Shown: in pieces, positions 27,286 to 42,247 of the stretch
How positions within the stretch are numbered: position 1 is the stretch's first letter
Layout: the number at the start of each line of letters is the position of its first letter
Assembly: GCA_964016885.1 (NCBI GenBank)
Contig: OZ024742.1
Location: 149,482,001 to 149,546,000, forward strand
Length of the DNA: 64,000 nucleotides
DNA from: Eledone cirrhosa
Taxonomy: Eukaryota
Reading direction: 5' to 3'
Program-made: the position numbers and the translations under genes
The notes under the pieces: generated by a model
Databases searched by the model: none
Seen by the model: only the letters and a program-made list of their open reading frames with translations
What the model was told of the DNA's origin: nothing

Positions 27286-27829
27286 AACAAACACAACAAA
27301 AATAGCAACAACAACAATAACAACACCATCTGCCATTCGTTATCTAAAAACTATAGATGCCAAGTTCAAACTGTTACACAAAATCTTTTATTTTTAACAA
27401 AAGAAAACTTGTAACAAAACAAGTGAATGCAATCTGAAAGGTTAAAATGGAAACGTCAAACAAAAGTAACATTTCACAGGCTGCTGGCAGGCGCCAAGAA
27501 TCTGATCGTTTCTCGAATATGGCAAGAAAACTTAAAGACGTGCACAAAGCTTTCATTTCAAGAAATTCCACTTTTAATTAGCAATCCTTACATGCTAATA
27601 TATATGCCATGAAGGTATAAAGAACATTGAAAAATCTCGTCTTGTCCATCTTCGTGATTTAAGATCTAACACCAAGATCCGATCAAACCTTTCATTCATG
27701 TCACCTGCACTAAATACAGCTTGATGTGTAAATCAGCTGCTGAACTGAAGTGCCATTAAGACATAACCATAAAAAATGAACTGAGAAGACTGTTGAAGTC
27801 TCATACGTCGATATACGATGGGAGAGTTC

Positions 27830-27902
<73 letters not shown>

Positions 27903-27920
27903 ATTTTTATGTATGGGAGG

Positions 27921-28700
27921 TACAAAGTGTGTCAGAAAATAAACAGGACTGGGGTCGTAAAAAAATATTTCAAATCTAAACTACAAATTACAAGTTTTCC
28001 GCTTCGAAATAACCCCCCTCCAGTCTAATGCACTTTCCCATCCTTCTTCGCCACGCGTTCATGCACTCCTGGAAGGACACTCTTGGGATTCTCCGCAGCT
28101 CCGTTGTCACGGTCTTCTTGATGGTTTCCACGTTCGGAAAACTGGTTGTACCTGAAGATCCATGACGCATCACCAGTGATCACTCTCCCCAGAGAGTCTG
28201 GTTCGGTTTCAAGATCACCCTCAAGGATGACATGACACACCTGCATGCCCCGCTCTTCTGGTCATCGTTCAGCAGCTTTGGCACCATCTTTGCGCAAATC
28301 TTACACATGCCCAAATCTTCGGTGATAATCTTTCAATTGCTGTCGCGGTTCATGCTCAGCTCACTTTCGACCAGCAGTCGAACTATCAGCCGACGATAGC
28401 CACGCACTACATGCCTCGGGCGCTCAACATTGCCCTCAGTCCTGCTCGTTGAAGGCCGTCCGCTCCTGGTGTCGTCTTCCACGCCCTCGCGTCCCTCGCT
28501 GAGACTTTTGTCCTGTTCGAAAACCCATGAGCGTGATATCGTCTTATCTCCGTACACTTGCTGCAATATTCCGAGTGCTTCTGGTGGAATGTTCCTGAGC
28601 CGGACAAGAAACTTCAGGTTGGTTCGTTGCCCTGTGCCTATCGCTCGACGGCCTAAAATTGAGGAGCTGTTAAAAAAAGCACGTGAAAAAACATACAACG
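27921..28700 (-). pseudogene. Mariner transposase pseudogene (internally deleted, frameshifted)
   Basis: QRTNLKFLVRL..LQQVYGDKTISRSWVFE..EDDTRSGRPSTSR; VITGDASWIFRY; FQECMNAWRRRMGKCIRLEGGYFE; TIR-like tacaaagtgtgtcagaaaataaacaggact at 27921. Confidence 0.9.
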
Positions 28701-29590
28701 GCTATAGAGAGCTGAAATCGCAGTTATATACTCCCTGGATATTGCGTCACTAAGCAGCTAAAGTATACAATAAATTCATGTATAGTACAGAGTAGCCAGG
28801 CTGTGTGGATGTGTATATGAATATTTACATCGAGAGCATAGACGTTTAAACTTGTCAAATTTAAGTATATCCCTGTAGATTGTAAAACATGTTGGACCTC
28901 CTTACTGACCCTAATTGTGGACTCTTTAACAGTCCAACTAATCCACCGACCCCGGACTGGCACTTCATTTATCAGTCCTGAAAGTATGAAAGACAAAGCT
29001 AAACTCAACGGCTATTTGAACTGAGAGCGCTGAGAGACGGATCAAATACAAAGGCATTTAATCCGATGCTCTAACGAAGTTGCCAATCCACCACCACGTT
29101 TAAATGCCTTCACAAAAAAAAACAAAAAAACAAACAAGCAAACAAAAACAAACAAACAAACCATCAAAACAAAACAAAACCATGATGGTCAAAGCTAATT
29201 CCATACCGAGCAAAGAAATAATTGTCCGCTGTTTCTTATCCGTAAAAAAAAAAAAGATGACATCTTATGTCTAATGAAAGATTATGTGAAACAACTATTC
29301 ATGCAGTTTCTAAACTCCCACTGCAAGATAAAGAATCTATATTTGCATTCGAGGTCACCGAATTTTATTTTAAGAAACATGAATAAATATTTGCTTTCAC
29401 TACATACATACATGCATACACACGCATACATACAAACATACAAACATACAAACATACAAACATACACACACACGCATACATGCATGCATACATATGCACA
29501 CATACATACCTACACACATGCATACACACAACATATATACTTACGTACATACATGCATACATACAAACAAACATGCATATATAGATACAT

Positions 29591-29692
<102 letters not shown>

Positions 29693-30452
29693 GATGGCTG
29701 CCACCTCGTTATCAAGTATGGCCATTGCACGATATACCATTATTAATAATTATTAATTAATTCTATTTTGCAATGCCTGTGCGTGAAGATATTTTTTAAA
29801 GTGAGGAAAGACTGTGCACTGACCCAATCCCACTCTCTGAGCGACAGTAACTATAACCCAAACAGAAGAAAAGATCAACATCATCGGTAACTACTGAGTC
29901 GCAGGTTTTATATCGGAGTTATCCCAGTTATCCCAGTTTCCTGAGTTGCCTTCTCCTAGAAGAATGCCCTGACAAAGGCTAGGAGTCCTTCACTCCCAGT
30001 GGTTTAACAGCACGATCGGGTAACCAGCCCGACTATTTCTATGTCCCCACGCATATACATACACATGCACCCATGTATATACACATATAAATATACATAC
30101 ATATGTACATGTGTATATACATATTTACACACTTTTGGATGGCCGTTGACTCTTATGAGTTCTTCCGCCCTTTGTCAGGTTTTGTTTTTTGTCCTGCAGG
30201 GTATCCAAAATCACCCTCCTCACCAAGTAAACTTGGTGGGGTTGCCGGTTTAGTCACCGACGACCCGACCATGCGACAGATGGTTGTACTGGGTTACATG
30301 TTACGAGTAGCACTCAAGGGTGAGCCGACATAATATATATACATATAGGCATGCATACACACATACATGCTTGCACAGATACAACAGATACAATCATATA
30401 TATCTCTTTTACCTGTTCCAGCCATCCGGTTGAGGCCATGCTGGGGCACCGC

Positions 30453-30517
<65 letters not shown>

Positions 30518-30534
30518 TGTAGATGCGGTGCTAC

Positions 30535-30960
30535 AGTCCTTCGAAAAGCAAGGCTTTGCGGCACAGTACATGAACCATTTTAAGAAGGTGAATTCGGGAT
30601 GCACTACAGACGTGGTCCTAATATCATCACCTGTGCATGCTGGGAATCTCCTTCGGAGGTCACATCCGAAACGAGTAGATCAGGAAAAGAACTGAAGTGA
30701 AGAACGTTATCGCCGAGTACCGTCTGAACAGACTCAGATGGGCCAGACATGTGGCACGGTGGTATTCGGTGGATCCGTGCAGTTGTCAGGTGGTACACGT
30801 GTAAGCGGAAATGACCACTCGAAAGGCCTCAACTCAGATGGATTGACTATACAAAGAGATTAATTGGACCGCCAAGGAGGGTGAGATCAAGAATGGAATG
30901 GATGAAATGATGTGGTCAGTGGATTAAAAGCGACATCCGACAGTCTGGCCGGTCAAGGTG
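30535..30960 (+). pseudogene. Decayed RTE-like LINE 3' fragment
   Basis: agactcagatgggccagacatgtggcacgg = RLRWARHVAR; aggcctcaactcagatgg = RPQLRW. Confidence 0.6.
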
Positions 30961-30975
30961 GTTATATATATATAT

Positions 30976-31372
30976 AATATATTAACAAATGGAAACTATA
31001 TTTATAAAACCATATTTATTTTATTATACATATTTCAAGGGCCACCAAGGCAAATTATGGTGCGCTTTCATCAGATTAGTTTTATAAATAAATATTGACA
31101 TACCCTGAAAAAAGACAACCTTAACGGTTGGAGCTTCCTCAATATTTATTTATACAACTAATCTGTATTGTATTTTATCTGATGAAAGCGCACCATAATT
31201 TGCCTTGGTGGCCCTTGAAATATGTATAATAAAATAAATATGGTTTTATAAATATAGTTTCCGTTTGTTAATATATTGTATATTTACTCCACTAACAGTT
31301 GAGTGCTTTATATCAGTTATAAAAACATTTTTTAAGCTTGTTGAATCCCAACAAATTAAATATAACCTCTGC
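30976..31372 (+). mobile_element. Fold-back element of family C (palindrome 30976-31277 plus tail)
   Basis: Inverted arms; TA flanks; left arm has a small deletion next to the ribozyme core. Confidence 0.85.
31173..31234 (+). ncRNA. Type-I hammerhead ribozyme
   Basis: ttttat CTGATGA aagcgcacc..ggtggccctt GAAA tatgta TA ataaaa. Confidence 0.85.
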
Positions 31373-31389
31373 ATATATATATATATATA

Positions 31390-31580
31390 TATAGGAAAAA
31401 GTATGACCCCGACGGCAAAGATAAAGCCGTTTCGACGGCTATTTCTGGACTCCAGAAATAGCCATCGAAACGGCTTGAGCTCTGCCGTAGGGGTCATACT
31501 TTTTCCTATTTCCCACTCTACTACCCTAAGTATTGAATACTCTGGTGCGTTATGGTCCATCTGGTTCCTTACCACAATTC

Positions 31581-31585
<5 letters not shown>
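31390..31585 (+). mobile_element. Fold-back element homologous to 6886-7080
   Basis: Palindrome 31390-31510 with several arm mismatches; same tail. Confidence 0.8.
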
Positions 31586-31619
<34 letters not shown>

Positions 31620-31785
31620 ACTTTTTTAGTTTCAGAAGATCCCGTTAAGGATGAAACCACCGATTCTTTGCTTAAACTTTAATCTGTTATTTTAATAAAT
31701 ATTTGCTCTACGGTTCTTATATATTTGATATATATTTATCCTTATCGAGCCCTCTTTGGATTTTAGTCTTCAAATTTATTATTAT

Positions 31786-31816
<31 letters not shown>

Positions 31817-31817
31817 C

Positions 31818-32000
31818 GTTATTCCGGGTTGAATCGGAGGTAACCACAGTAAGTAAGGTACTCAATACATAGCAGAGTATAACAGTTTTAATATAGATGA
31901 GATTCTACAGGACTAGAACTGTTTCATTCATTAGAAAACATCAGGAATGATTCCTGATGATTTCTAATGAATGAAACAGTTCTAGTCCTGTAGAATCTCA

Positions 32001-32006
<6 letters not shown>
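31818..32006. mobile_element. Fold-back element with hammerhead core (palindrome 31891-32006)
   Basis: CTGATGA 31954-31960, tttc..gaat, GAAA 31973-31976, cagtt. Confidence 0.75.
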
Positions 32007-32030
<24 letters not shown>

Positions 32031-32036
<6 letters not shown>

Positions 32037-34746
32037 AATATAGACATAGAATATTCGAAAATATTCTGTATGTTTATAATAAACATTTTGAAGACCTAAT
32101 CGCTATAGAATAGAATACGTCACGTATTACAATTAGATTCTCGATAAAAGCAAGGGAAGTAATCTACGCGTTTCATTCTTGTTAGAAATCATCAGGACTA
32201 CATATCCAGTGCTTTTATCGAGAATGACACAGCTAGAGACTTATAGAATACTTAGCTGTGTACAGGAACTGGTTTGAAAGAGCGGTTGCCGGTCCGGCAG
32301 AAATTAGAAATTGGAATAAATGCTCTGAAATAGCGATATATATGTGAATATAGACATAGAATATTCGAAAATATTCTGTATGTTTATAATAAACATTTTG
32401 AAGACCTAATCGCTATAGAATAGAATACGTCACGTATTACAATTAGATTCTCGATAAAAGCAAGGGAAGTAATCTACGCGTTTCATTCTTGTTAGAAATC
32501 ATCAGGACTACATATCCAGTGCTTTTATCGAGAATGACACAGCTAGAGACTTATAGAATACTTAGCTGTGTACAGGAACTGGTTTGAAAGAGCGGTTGCC
32601 GGTCCGGCAGAAATTAGAAATTGGAATAAATGCTCTGAAATAGCGATATATATGTGAATATAGACATAGAATATTCGAAAATATTCTGTATGTTTATAAT
32701 AAACATTTTGAAGACCTAATCGCTATAGAATAGAATACGTCACGTATTACAATTAGATTCTCGATAAAAGCAAGGGAAGTAATCTACGCGTTTCATTCTT
32801 GTTAGAAATCATCAGGACTACATATCCAGTGCTTTTATCGAGAATGACACAGCTAGAGACTTATAGAATACTTAGCTGTGTACAGGAACTGGTTTGAAAG
32901 AGCGGTTGCCGGTCCGGCAGAAATTAGAAATTGGAATAAATGCTCTGAAATAGCGATATATATGTGAATATAGACATAGAATATTCGAAAATATTCTGTA
33001 TGTTTATAATAAACATTTTGAAGACCTAATCGCTATAGAATAGAATACGTCACGTATTACAATTAGATTCTCGATAAAAGCAAGGGAAGTAATCTACGCG
33101 TTTCATTCTTGTTAGAAATCATCAGGACTACATATCCAGTGCTTTTATCGAGAATGACACAGCTAGAGACTTATAGAATACTTAGCTGTGTACAGGAACT
33201 GGTTTGAAAGAGCGGTTGCCGGTCCGGCAGAAATTAGAAATTGGAATAAATGCTCTGAAATAGCGATATATATGTGAATATAGACATAGAATATTCGAAA
33301 ATATTCTGTATGTTTATAATAAACATTTTGAAGACCTAATCGCTATAGAATAGAATACGTCACGTATTACAATTAGATTCTCGATAAAAGCAAGGGAAGT
33401 AATCTACGCGTTTCATTCTTGTTAGAAATCATCAGGACTACATATCCAGTGCTTTTATCGAGAATGACACAGCTAGAGACTTATAGAATACTTAGCTGTG
33501 TACAGGAACTGGTTTGAAAGAGCGGTTGCCGGTCCGGCAGAAATTAGAAATTGGAATAAATGCTCTGAAATAGCGATATATATGTGAATATAGACATAGA
33601 ATATTCGAAAATATTCTGTATGTTTATAATAAACATTTTGAAGACCTAATCGCTATAGAATAGAATACGTCACGTATTACAATTAGATTCTCGATAAAAG
33701 CAAGGGAAGTAATCTACGCGTTTCATTCTTGTTAGAAATCATCAGGACTACATATCCAGTGCTTTTATCGAGAATGACACAGCTAGAGACTTATAGAATA
33801 CTTAGCTGTGTACAGGAACTGGTTTGAAAGAGCGGTTGCCGGTCCGGCAGAAATTAGAAATTGGAATCAGCTAAGTATTCTATAAGTCTCTAGCTGTGTC
33901 ATTCTCGATAAAAGCACTGGATATGTAGTCCTGATGATTTCTAACAAGAATGAAACGCGTAGATTACTTCCCTTGCTTTTATCGAGAATCTAATTGTAAT
34001 ACGTGACGTATTCTATTCTATAGCGATTAGGTCTTCAAAATGTTTATTATAAACATACAGAATATTTTCGAATATTCTATGTCTATATTCACATATATAT
34101 CGCTATTTCAGAGCATTTATTCCAATTTCTAATTTCTGCCGGACCGGCAACCGCTCTTTCAAACCAGTTCCTGTACACAGCTAAGTATTCTATAAGTCTC
34201 TAGCTGTGTCATTCTCGATAAAAGCACTGGATATGTAGTCCTGATGATTTCTAACAAGAATGAAACGCGTAGATTACTTCCCTTGCTTTTATCGAGAATC
34301 TAATTGTAATACGTGACGTATTCTATTCTATAGCGATTAGGTCTTCAAAATGTTTATTATAAACATACAGAATATTTTCGAATATTCTATGTCTATATTC
34401 ACATATATATCGCTATTTCAGAGCATTTATTCCAATTTCTAATTTCTGCCGGACCGGCAACCGCTCTTTCAAACCAGTTCCTGTACACAGCTAAGTATTC
34501 TATAAGTCTCTAGCTGTGTCATTCTCGATAAAAGCACTGGATATGTAGTCCTGATGATTTCTAACAAGAATGAAACGCGTAGATTACTTCCCTTGCTTTT
34601 ATCGAGAATCTAATTGTAATACGTGACGTATTCTATTCTATAGCGATTAGGTCTTCAAAATGTTTATTATAAACATACAGAATATTTTCGAATATTCTAT
34701 GTCTATATTCACATATATATCGCTATTTCAGAGCATTTATTCCAAT
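32031..34746. repeat. 310-nt tandem array (~5.9 units, then ~2.8 inverted units), each unit with a hammerhead: non-LTR retrozyme-like
   Basis: tagacataga at 32041, 32351, 32661, 32971, 33281 and 33591; inversion junction 33867/33868; TA flanks. Confidence 0.92.
33925..33967 (+). ncRNA. Type-I hammerhead of the array unit (also + 34235 and 34545; - 32159, 32469, 32779, 33089, 33399 and 33709)
   Basis: gtagtc CTGATGA tttct aaca agaat GAAA cgcg TA gattac; stem I extended by attctcgataaaagca/tgcttttatcgagaat. Confidence 0.9.
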
Positions 34747-34810
34747 ATATATATATATATATATGAAAAACAAGGGGAAGAAGAATACTGCATGGTTGCA
34801 CATGGATTAC

Positions 34811-34936
<126 letters not shown>

Positions 34937-35035
34937 TAAATGGGTGAAGAATAACATGGGTCAGCTGTACAATAGAGTTTATTCAAAGTATCAACAATTG
35001 TTTCATTAGTCCGGTATCTCTAAAAATCGCCGTCC

Positions 35036-35093
<58 letters not shown>

Positions 35094-35439
35094 TTATATC
35101 TATATTATATCTGTATTTCTGACCGTTGGTCAGTCAATGGTAAGCATTGAAGACCGAATGAATTAACTGTGGAGATATAAAAGATACAGAGGCGAAACCA
35201 ACCAAACGGTGAGTGTGTTCTGGCAATATTATTACAACAATATGGCCCTTCCCAAGCATAACTATATATATATATATATATATATATACCCGGGAGAGAT
35301 GACCCCTTAGCCTTTGTCAAAGCAGAATTCTAGGAGAAGGAAAACTCTGATATAACACCTGCAACCCTGATGGTATCCAATGATGTTGACTTGTTCTTCT
35401 TTTTGGTAAATACCATCTTGGTTAAGAGAGTGGGACTGG

Positions 35440-35698
35440 TTTTGTGCAGTGCCTTTGCTCACTATAAAAGCTTCACGGCACAGGCATTGCTTTATATCTG
35501 GAGATCTCTCTGCACTTGTCGTCACATGGTATCATTGGCCCAGCACTATGTGTCAATAATTGTCACAAGTGTAGTGTTTGTACCAGAGTTTTCAAGTCGC
35601 TGGCTGGACTAAAAAGTCACACTCGTTCAGCGCATCGGTAGGGGTTCTCCTACATGGATATAAAGTAGTGGCCGTACTCGAAAACGAGTTGGCAGCCA

Positions 35699-35702
<4 letters not shown>
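35440..35702 (+). mobile_element. LINE 3' end encoding a C2H2-type zinc finger
   Basis: Same sequence as 45932-46148 (CSVCTRVFKSLAGLKSHTRSAHR). Confidence 0.7.
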
Positions 35703-35729
<27 letters not shown>

Positions 35730-35734
<5 letters not shown>

Positions 35735-36850
35735 CAGGAAAGAAGGTTTACATGGTTTGCTATACAAAAAAGTTTTTAATCACATAGCTTACATTTGTTT
35801 CACTGAACTGGTCTGTCTAGAGATCGCTATCCGCCTAATTTTGCGTCACTCGATCGCCAATACAGAATTATAACCAGTCAGATCTTCGGAGCATGCGAGA
35901 ATGAAGAAAATACACAGGCAAGAAAAGAAAAGAAAATATGGAGTAGTTATGGCATTCAATTAGAACAATAACAACAACAATTATTACAACAATGCTATCA
36001 ATAAACTATTTAAGGAGACCCTGACATTACTTAGGTGGGGGGTATATAATGTATCTAATGTTACGGCGTGAAAACCAGCTGTCATAAGGCAAAAAGTATC
36101 GTAGTGTGTATCAATTTTAAATTATAAAGATAAGCTAGTTTTTACAGTCTTTCTCTTCATCTTCAACAGTATATATATTAATTCGTTAACCTCTGTATTA
36201 ACTCTACAACTATTGAGCTTTGACAGTGGTCCCACTCATGTATACTGTTGAAGATGAAGAGAAAGACTGTAAAAACTAGCTTATCTTTATAATTTAAAAT
36301 TGATACACACTACGATACTTTTTGCCTCGACAACTGGTTTTCACGCCGTAACGTTAGATACATTATATACCCCCCACCTAAGTAATGTCTGGGTCTCCTT
36401 AAATAGTTTATTGATAGCATTGTTGTAATAATTGTTGTTGTTATTGTTCTAATTGAATGCCATAACTACTCCATATTTTCTTTTCTTTTCTTGCCTGTGT
36501 ATTTTCTTCATTCTCGCATGCTCCGAAGATCTGACTGGTTATAATTCTGTATTGGCGATCGAGTGACGCAAAATTAGGCGGATAGCGATCTCTAGACAGA
36601 CCAGTTCAGTGAAACAAATGTAAGCTATGTGATTAAAAACTTTTTTGTATAGCAAACCATGTAAACCTTCTTTCCTGATTTATTATTACTCCAAATGTTT
36701 ACAACATAAAAATTACAGCATACCCGCAGCATCACTATGAAAACGCCTTGTTGAGTCAAACCAAGCCAAGCGTTAATATCATCCACTACCTGGAATACCA
36801 TAACTGGACTTCACCTAAGTGGACTGCATTTAACTATTATTTGTTAATCC

Positions 36851-36852
<2 letters not shown>
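35730..36852 (+). mobile_element. Large fold-back element (palindrome 35730-36682, ~440-nt arms, plus tail)
   Basis: taaatcaggaaagaagg / ccttctttcctgattta; few arm mismatches; TA flanks. Confidence 0.85.
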
Positions 36853-36900
<48 letters not shown>

Positions 36901-37139
36901 TCATACATAATATATGTATACATCTATGTATATATTTATGTATGCGAAATGTAAACGAAAATAAAACATAGCAAACAATGCAGCACAATAATGAACTATA
37001 TTAGATTAACGCTTGATATAGTAGAGAAATAGTCTTAAGGTTTGGGACACTAGTCTTTCATAAGGAGATAAATTGAAAAATAAGACAAGAAATAGAAAGG
37101 TAGAGGGTGAGAAGGGGAAGGAAAGTGTGTCTAGTCAGC

Positions 37140-37173
<34 letters not shown>

Positions 37174-37332
37174 TATATATATACACTTTTCTAAAAAAAT
37201 ATATTTAACACAAAACGCCAGCATCAACAGTTTTCCAAGGGAAGGCAACATGAATGGACCTGTTATTTTTCTCTAAGAACATTTTTTCCAATTCCACCCC
37301 GCCGTCCCTTCAATCTATCTAATTTATCATTC

Positions 37333-37372
37333 TTTCTTCTGATGAAAGACTAGCGTCCGAAACGTTAATCCC
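37333..37372 (+). ncRNA. Minimal Penelope-type hammerhead within the decayed palindrome 36945-37450
   Basis: CTGATGA aagac tagc gtcc GAAA cg TT; poor stem I; fragment of the same family at 44170-44262 (minus). Confidence 0.55.
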
Positions 37373-37615
37373 TTGTTCCTGATATTTCAAGCGTCAACCT
37401 AATATATTCGTTCCATATAATGTACCGATTGTGTTGTTATTTCTGTTTACCTTTTACCTCCCCCTCCCATATATATATATATGTATATATATATATTATA
37501 TATATATATGTGTGTGAGTGGGGGGGGGGTATTTATATATAAAACTAAAAATAGATCACCAAGGTTTAACAATTAATACATTATTTGAATGTTGTTTTTA
37601 ACTTATATAATCTAA

Positions 37616-38305
<690 letters not shown>

Positions 38306-38500
38306 TTTTATATATGCATACATACACACATATATATTCACATATATGTAATTGGCGGTAGCCCCCAGAAAGCGTTGAAACAGAATAGAGGTGTATATTA
38401 ATATATATAAATATAGAGAGTTATAAGGGCCCACTTGTGTGTATATCTATGGATTATATACAAGTTTCTACATAACTTGGACATTATTTATCCCACGTTG

Positions 38501-38684
38501 GGCGGTGGATTGGCAGTATCGGTAGAGGGTCGGACGCCATGCTTTCCAGCATAGTTACGTCCCTTTATGATCTGAGTTCAAATCCCGCCGAGGTTGACTT
38601 TGCCTTTCATCCTTACGGGGTCGATAAAATAAAGTACCAGTAATGCACTGGATAATTGCTGGCCTTGTGCCTAAAGTAGAAACA
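38501..38684 (+). mobile_element. Full-length SINE with 18-bp TSD
   Basis: attatttatcccacgttg at 38483-38500 and 38685-38702. Confidence 0.92.
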
Positions 38685-38913
38685 ATTATTTATCCCACGT
38701 TGTAGAAATCTTATAACGAAACGATCGTATGGAAAGAAAAAGAGATTTATTTAATTATGTCTCATATAAAATAATACAACCAGCTATCCAGGGAATACTG
38801 TATAGTTAGCACCCCAAACACATAATTGGGATTATACTCAGGTATATCCTAATGTTTGTTGTGTGAGATGGAGTTGGTCAGAGTATCGCTTAAAGCTTTC
38901 TCTGTTAATGTAT

Positions 38914-40189
<1,276 letters not shown>

Positions 40190-40196
<7 letters not shown>

Positions 40197-40393
40197 TATA
40201 AGCTTTCACCGTATTATTGACTAAATAAATTTTAGCCTGATAGTGGGGTTTAGAACCCTCAGAGAAATGAAAAAAGATGAGTATTGACGTACATGTACGT
40301 CAATACTCATCTTTTTATTTAGTCTAAAATAAGTTGAAAGCTTATATTTCTAATTTCAAACTCGCTCACTGTTTCAAAACATACATACTCAAT
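40190..40393. mobile_element. Short asymmetric fold-back element in (TA)n
   Basis: tagaaatataagctttca / tgaaagcttatatttcta; central aaaaagatgagtattgacgtacatgtacgtcaatactcatctttt. Confidence 0.65.
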
Positions 40394-40408
40394 ATATATA
40401 TATATATA

Positions 40409-41108
40409 TATTGTTTTTGTTTATGCCACGAAACTACGTAGTCGAGGAATTTAGGAACAGTTTAGGTATGATACATTTTATTACTAATTATATCTAAATG
40501 TTTCTTCTCTCTTCATAATGTATTTTTAACTCTGATACTGGTTCAGTCTAGTTCAAACTGAATTGGTCTGTCCCAGTCATTCATTGAGCAACATCGGTGA
40601 AGTTGGCACCCTTAACTCACAGTTGGGTGCGGATGCACTCATGTATATATGTGTGTGTCCGCATGTATCTGTGTGTTTCTAAATATATTAATAACTCCCT
40701 CTGGTCGAGCAATCTTTGAGGTGTGGGGACAACTGGAAAGCTTCCATTACTCATACTTCTCGCCTTCTTCACTACCTCTTCTGCGGCCTCGATATGAATA
40801 CCCCCTCCGCCTCCGTGGTATTTTCTTCGTGGTTATAAGAGGCTTAGCTCTGTTTCTCGACCGTTATATCGCGTGACTATCTCCCCCTCCGCCTTTTGGG
40901 ATTCTTTCTCACGTCGTGTAGACGCGTTCTTGAGACTAGTAAAATGAGGTATCCTCTTGATAAGTCGGCAGACCTCGCAAGGACTCTATATCTTTGATAT
41001 ATTGTTTTTGTTTATGCCACGAAACTACGTAGTCGAGGAATTTAGGAACAGTTTAGGTATGATACATTTTATTACTAATTATATCTAAATGTTTCTTCTC
41101 TCTTCATA

Positions 41109-41113
<5 letters not shown>
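40409..41113 (+). mobile_element. Retrozyme-like unit: ~113-nt terminal direct repeats, 591-nt period, degenerate hammerhead at 40952-41039
   Basis: tcctc TTGATAA gtcggca...tgccac GAAA ctacgtag TC gagga; TA flanks. Confidence 0.7.
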
Positions 41114-41167
<54 letters not shown>

Positions 41168-41180
41168 ATATATTATATAT

Positions 41181-41265
<85 letters not shown>

Positions 41266-41400
41266 CGGGGGGTCAGAGGGGTCATGATTACTCCCAATAA
41301 TTATATCTTCCTCCACAAATTACCAAAACACATATCTATTTGTACATGCGCTACGATGTATGTACATGTTATGTAGTGAGAGATGGGAGAGATAGATATA

Positions 41401-41630
41401 GATATAGAGGGGGATGCTGGAAGAGAGTTCTGTGTAGTAGATATAGTGAGGGGGAGAATTTGGTGCTAATTGATATAGAGAGGGGGTTGAAAGAGAGTTC
41501 CGTGTAGTAGACATAGAGAGGGGGAGAGTTTGGTGCTAATGGATATATAGAGCGGGATTGGAAGAGAGTTCCATGTAGTAGAAATAGAGAGGGGGACAGT
41601 TTGGGTTTAATTGATATAGAGAGCGATATT
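41401..41630. repeat. ~70-nt purine-rich minisatellite, ~3 copies
   Basis: gaagagagttc(c/t)(g/a)tgtagtaga recurs at ~41420, 41490 and 41561. Confidence 0.75.
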
Positions 41631-42201
41631 TATAAAGTGAGAGAGTGTATTAGTCATAGATATAGAGAGGGGTAGAGTTTGGTTTTAGTAGATAAAAAAG
41701 AAGACGTGACAATAATGGGACTGGGCTTAGGAAATCTGTATTTATATAGTTGTTTACATTCGTATATATGGGATTCCTTGTAATGTTCTCCTTTTGTCAT
41801 ATACAATGTGTTTTTTTTAATGTAATATAAAATTATTATTAGATTCTCCAGCTGCTGTATCAATATGAATCACTTACAATAAAATTTCGCCGGAGATAGA
41901 TCAGCAAAATTTAATAAGCGGGTGGGGAGTGTGGGTGGAATAGAAACCGGGGGTGCGGTAGCTGACAAATTAATAAGCGGAGGATGGGTACGATTATTCA
42001 AGACCTGAGAGTACGTGAATTATTGACGGATGTAAGAATGAAAACTCAATACCGAAGTAGAGTTTAAATATTCAGTTATTATGGCTAAGCCTTGTTTCTC
42101 TGGAGTCCCACCTGCGTACACACCAGACAAGACTGGCGATTCTGTGAGTGCGCAGGTAAAACTTTAGAGTAATAAAGCTCACCAATAGCCATAATAAAAG
42201 A

Positions 42202-42239
<38 letters not shown>

Positions 42240-42247
<8 letters not shown>

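Noticed and set aside
31628-31670. cagaaga-tccc..ggat-GAAA hammerhead-like motif
   Set aside because: Core and cleavage site are both altered and stem I is absent; not counted as a ribozyme.
32031-33867. CRISPR-like array
   Set aside because: Units are full-length identical repeats with no unique spacers, there are no cas genes, and the context is eukaryotic.
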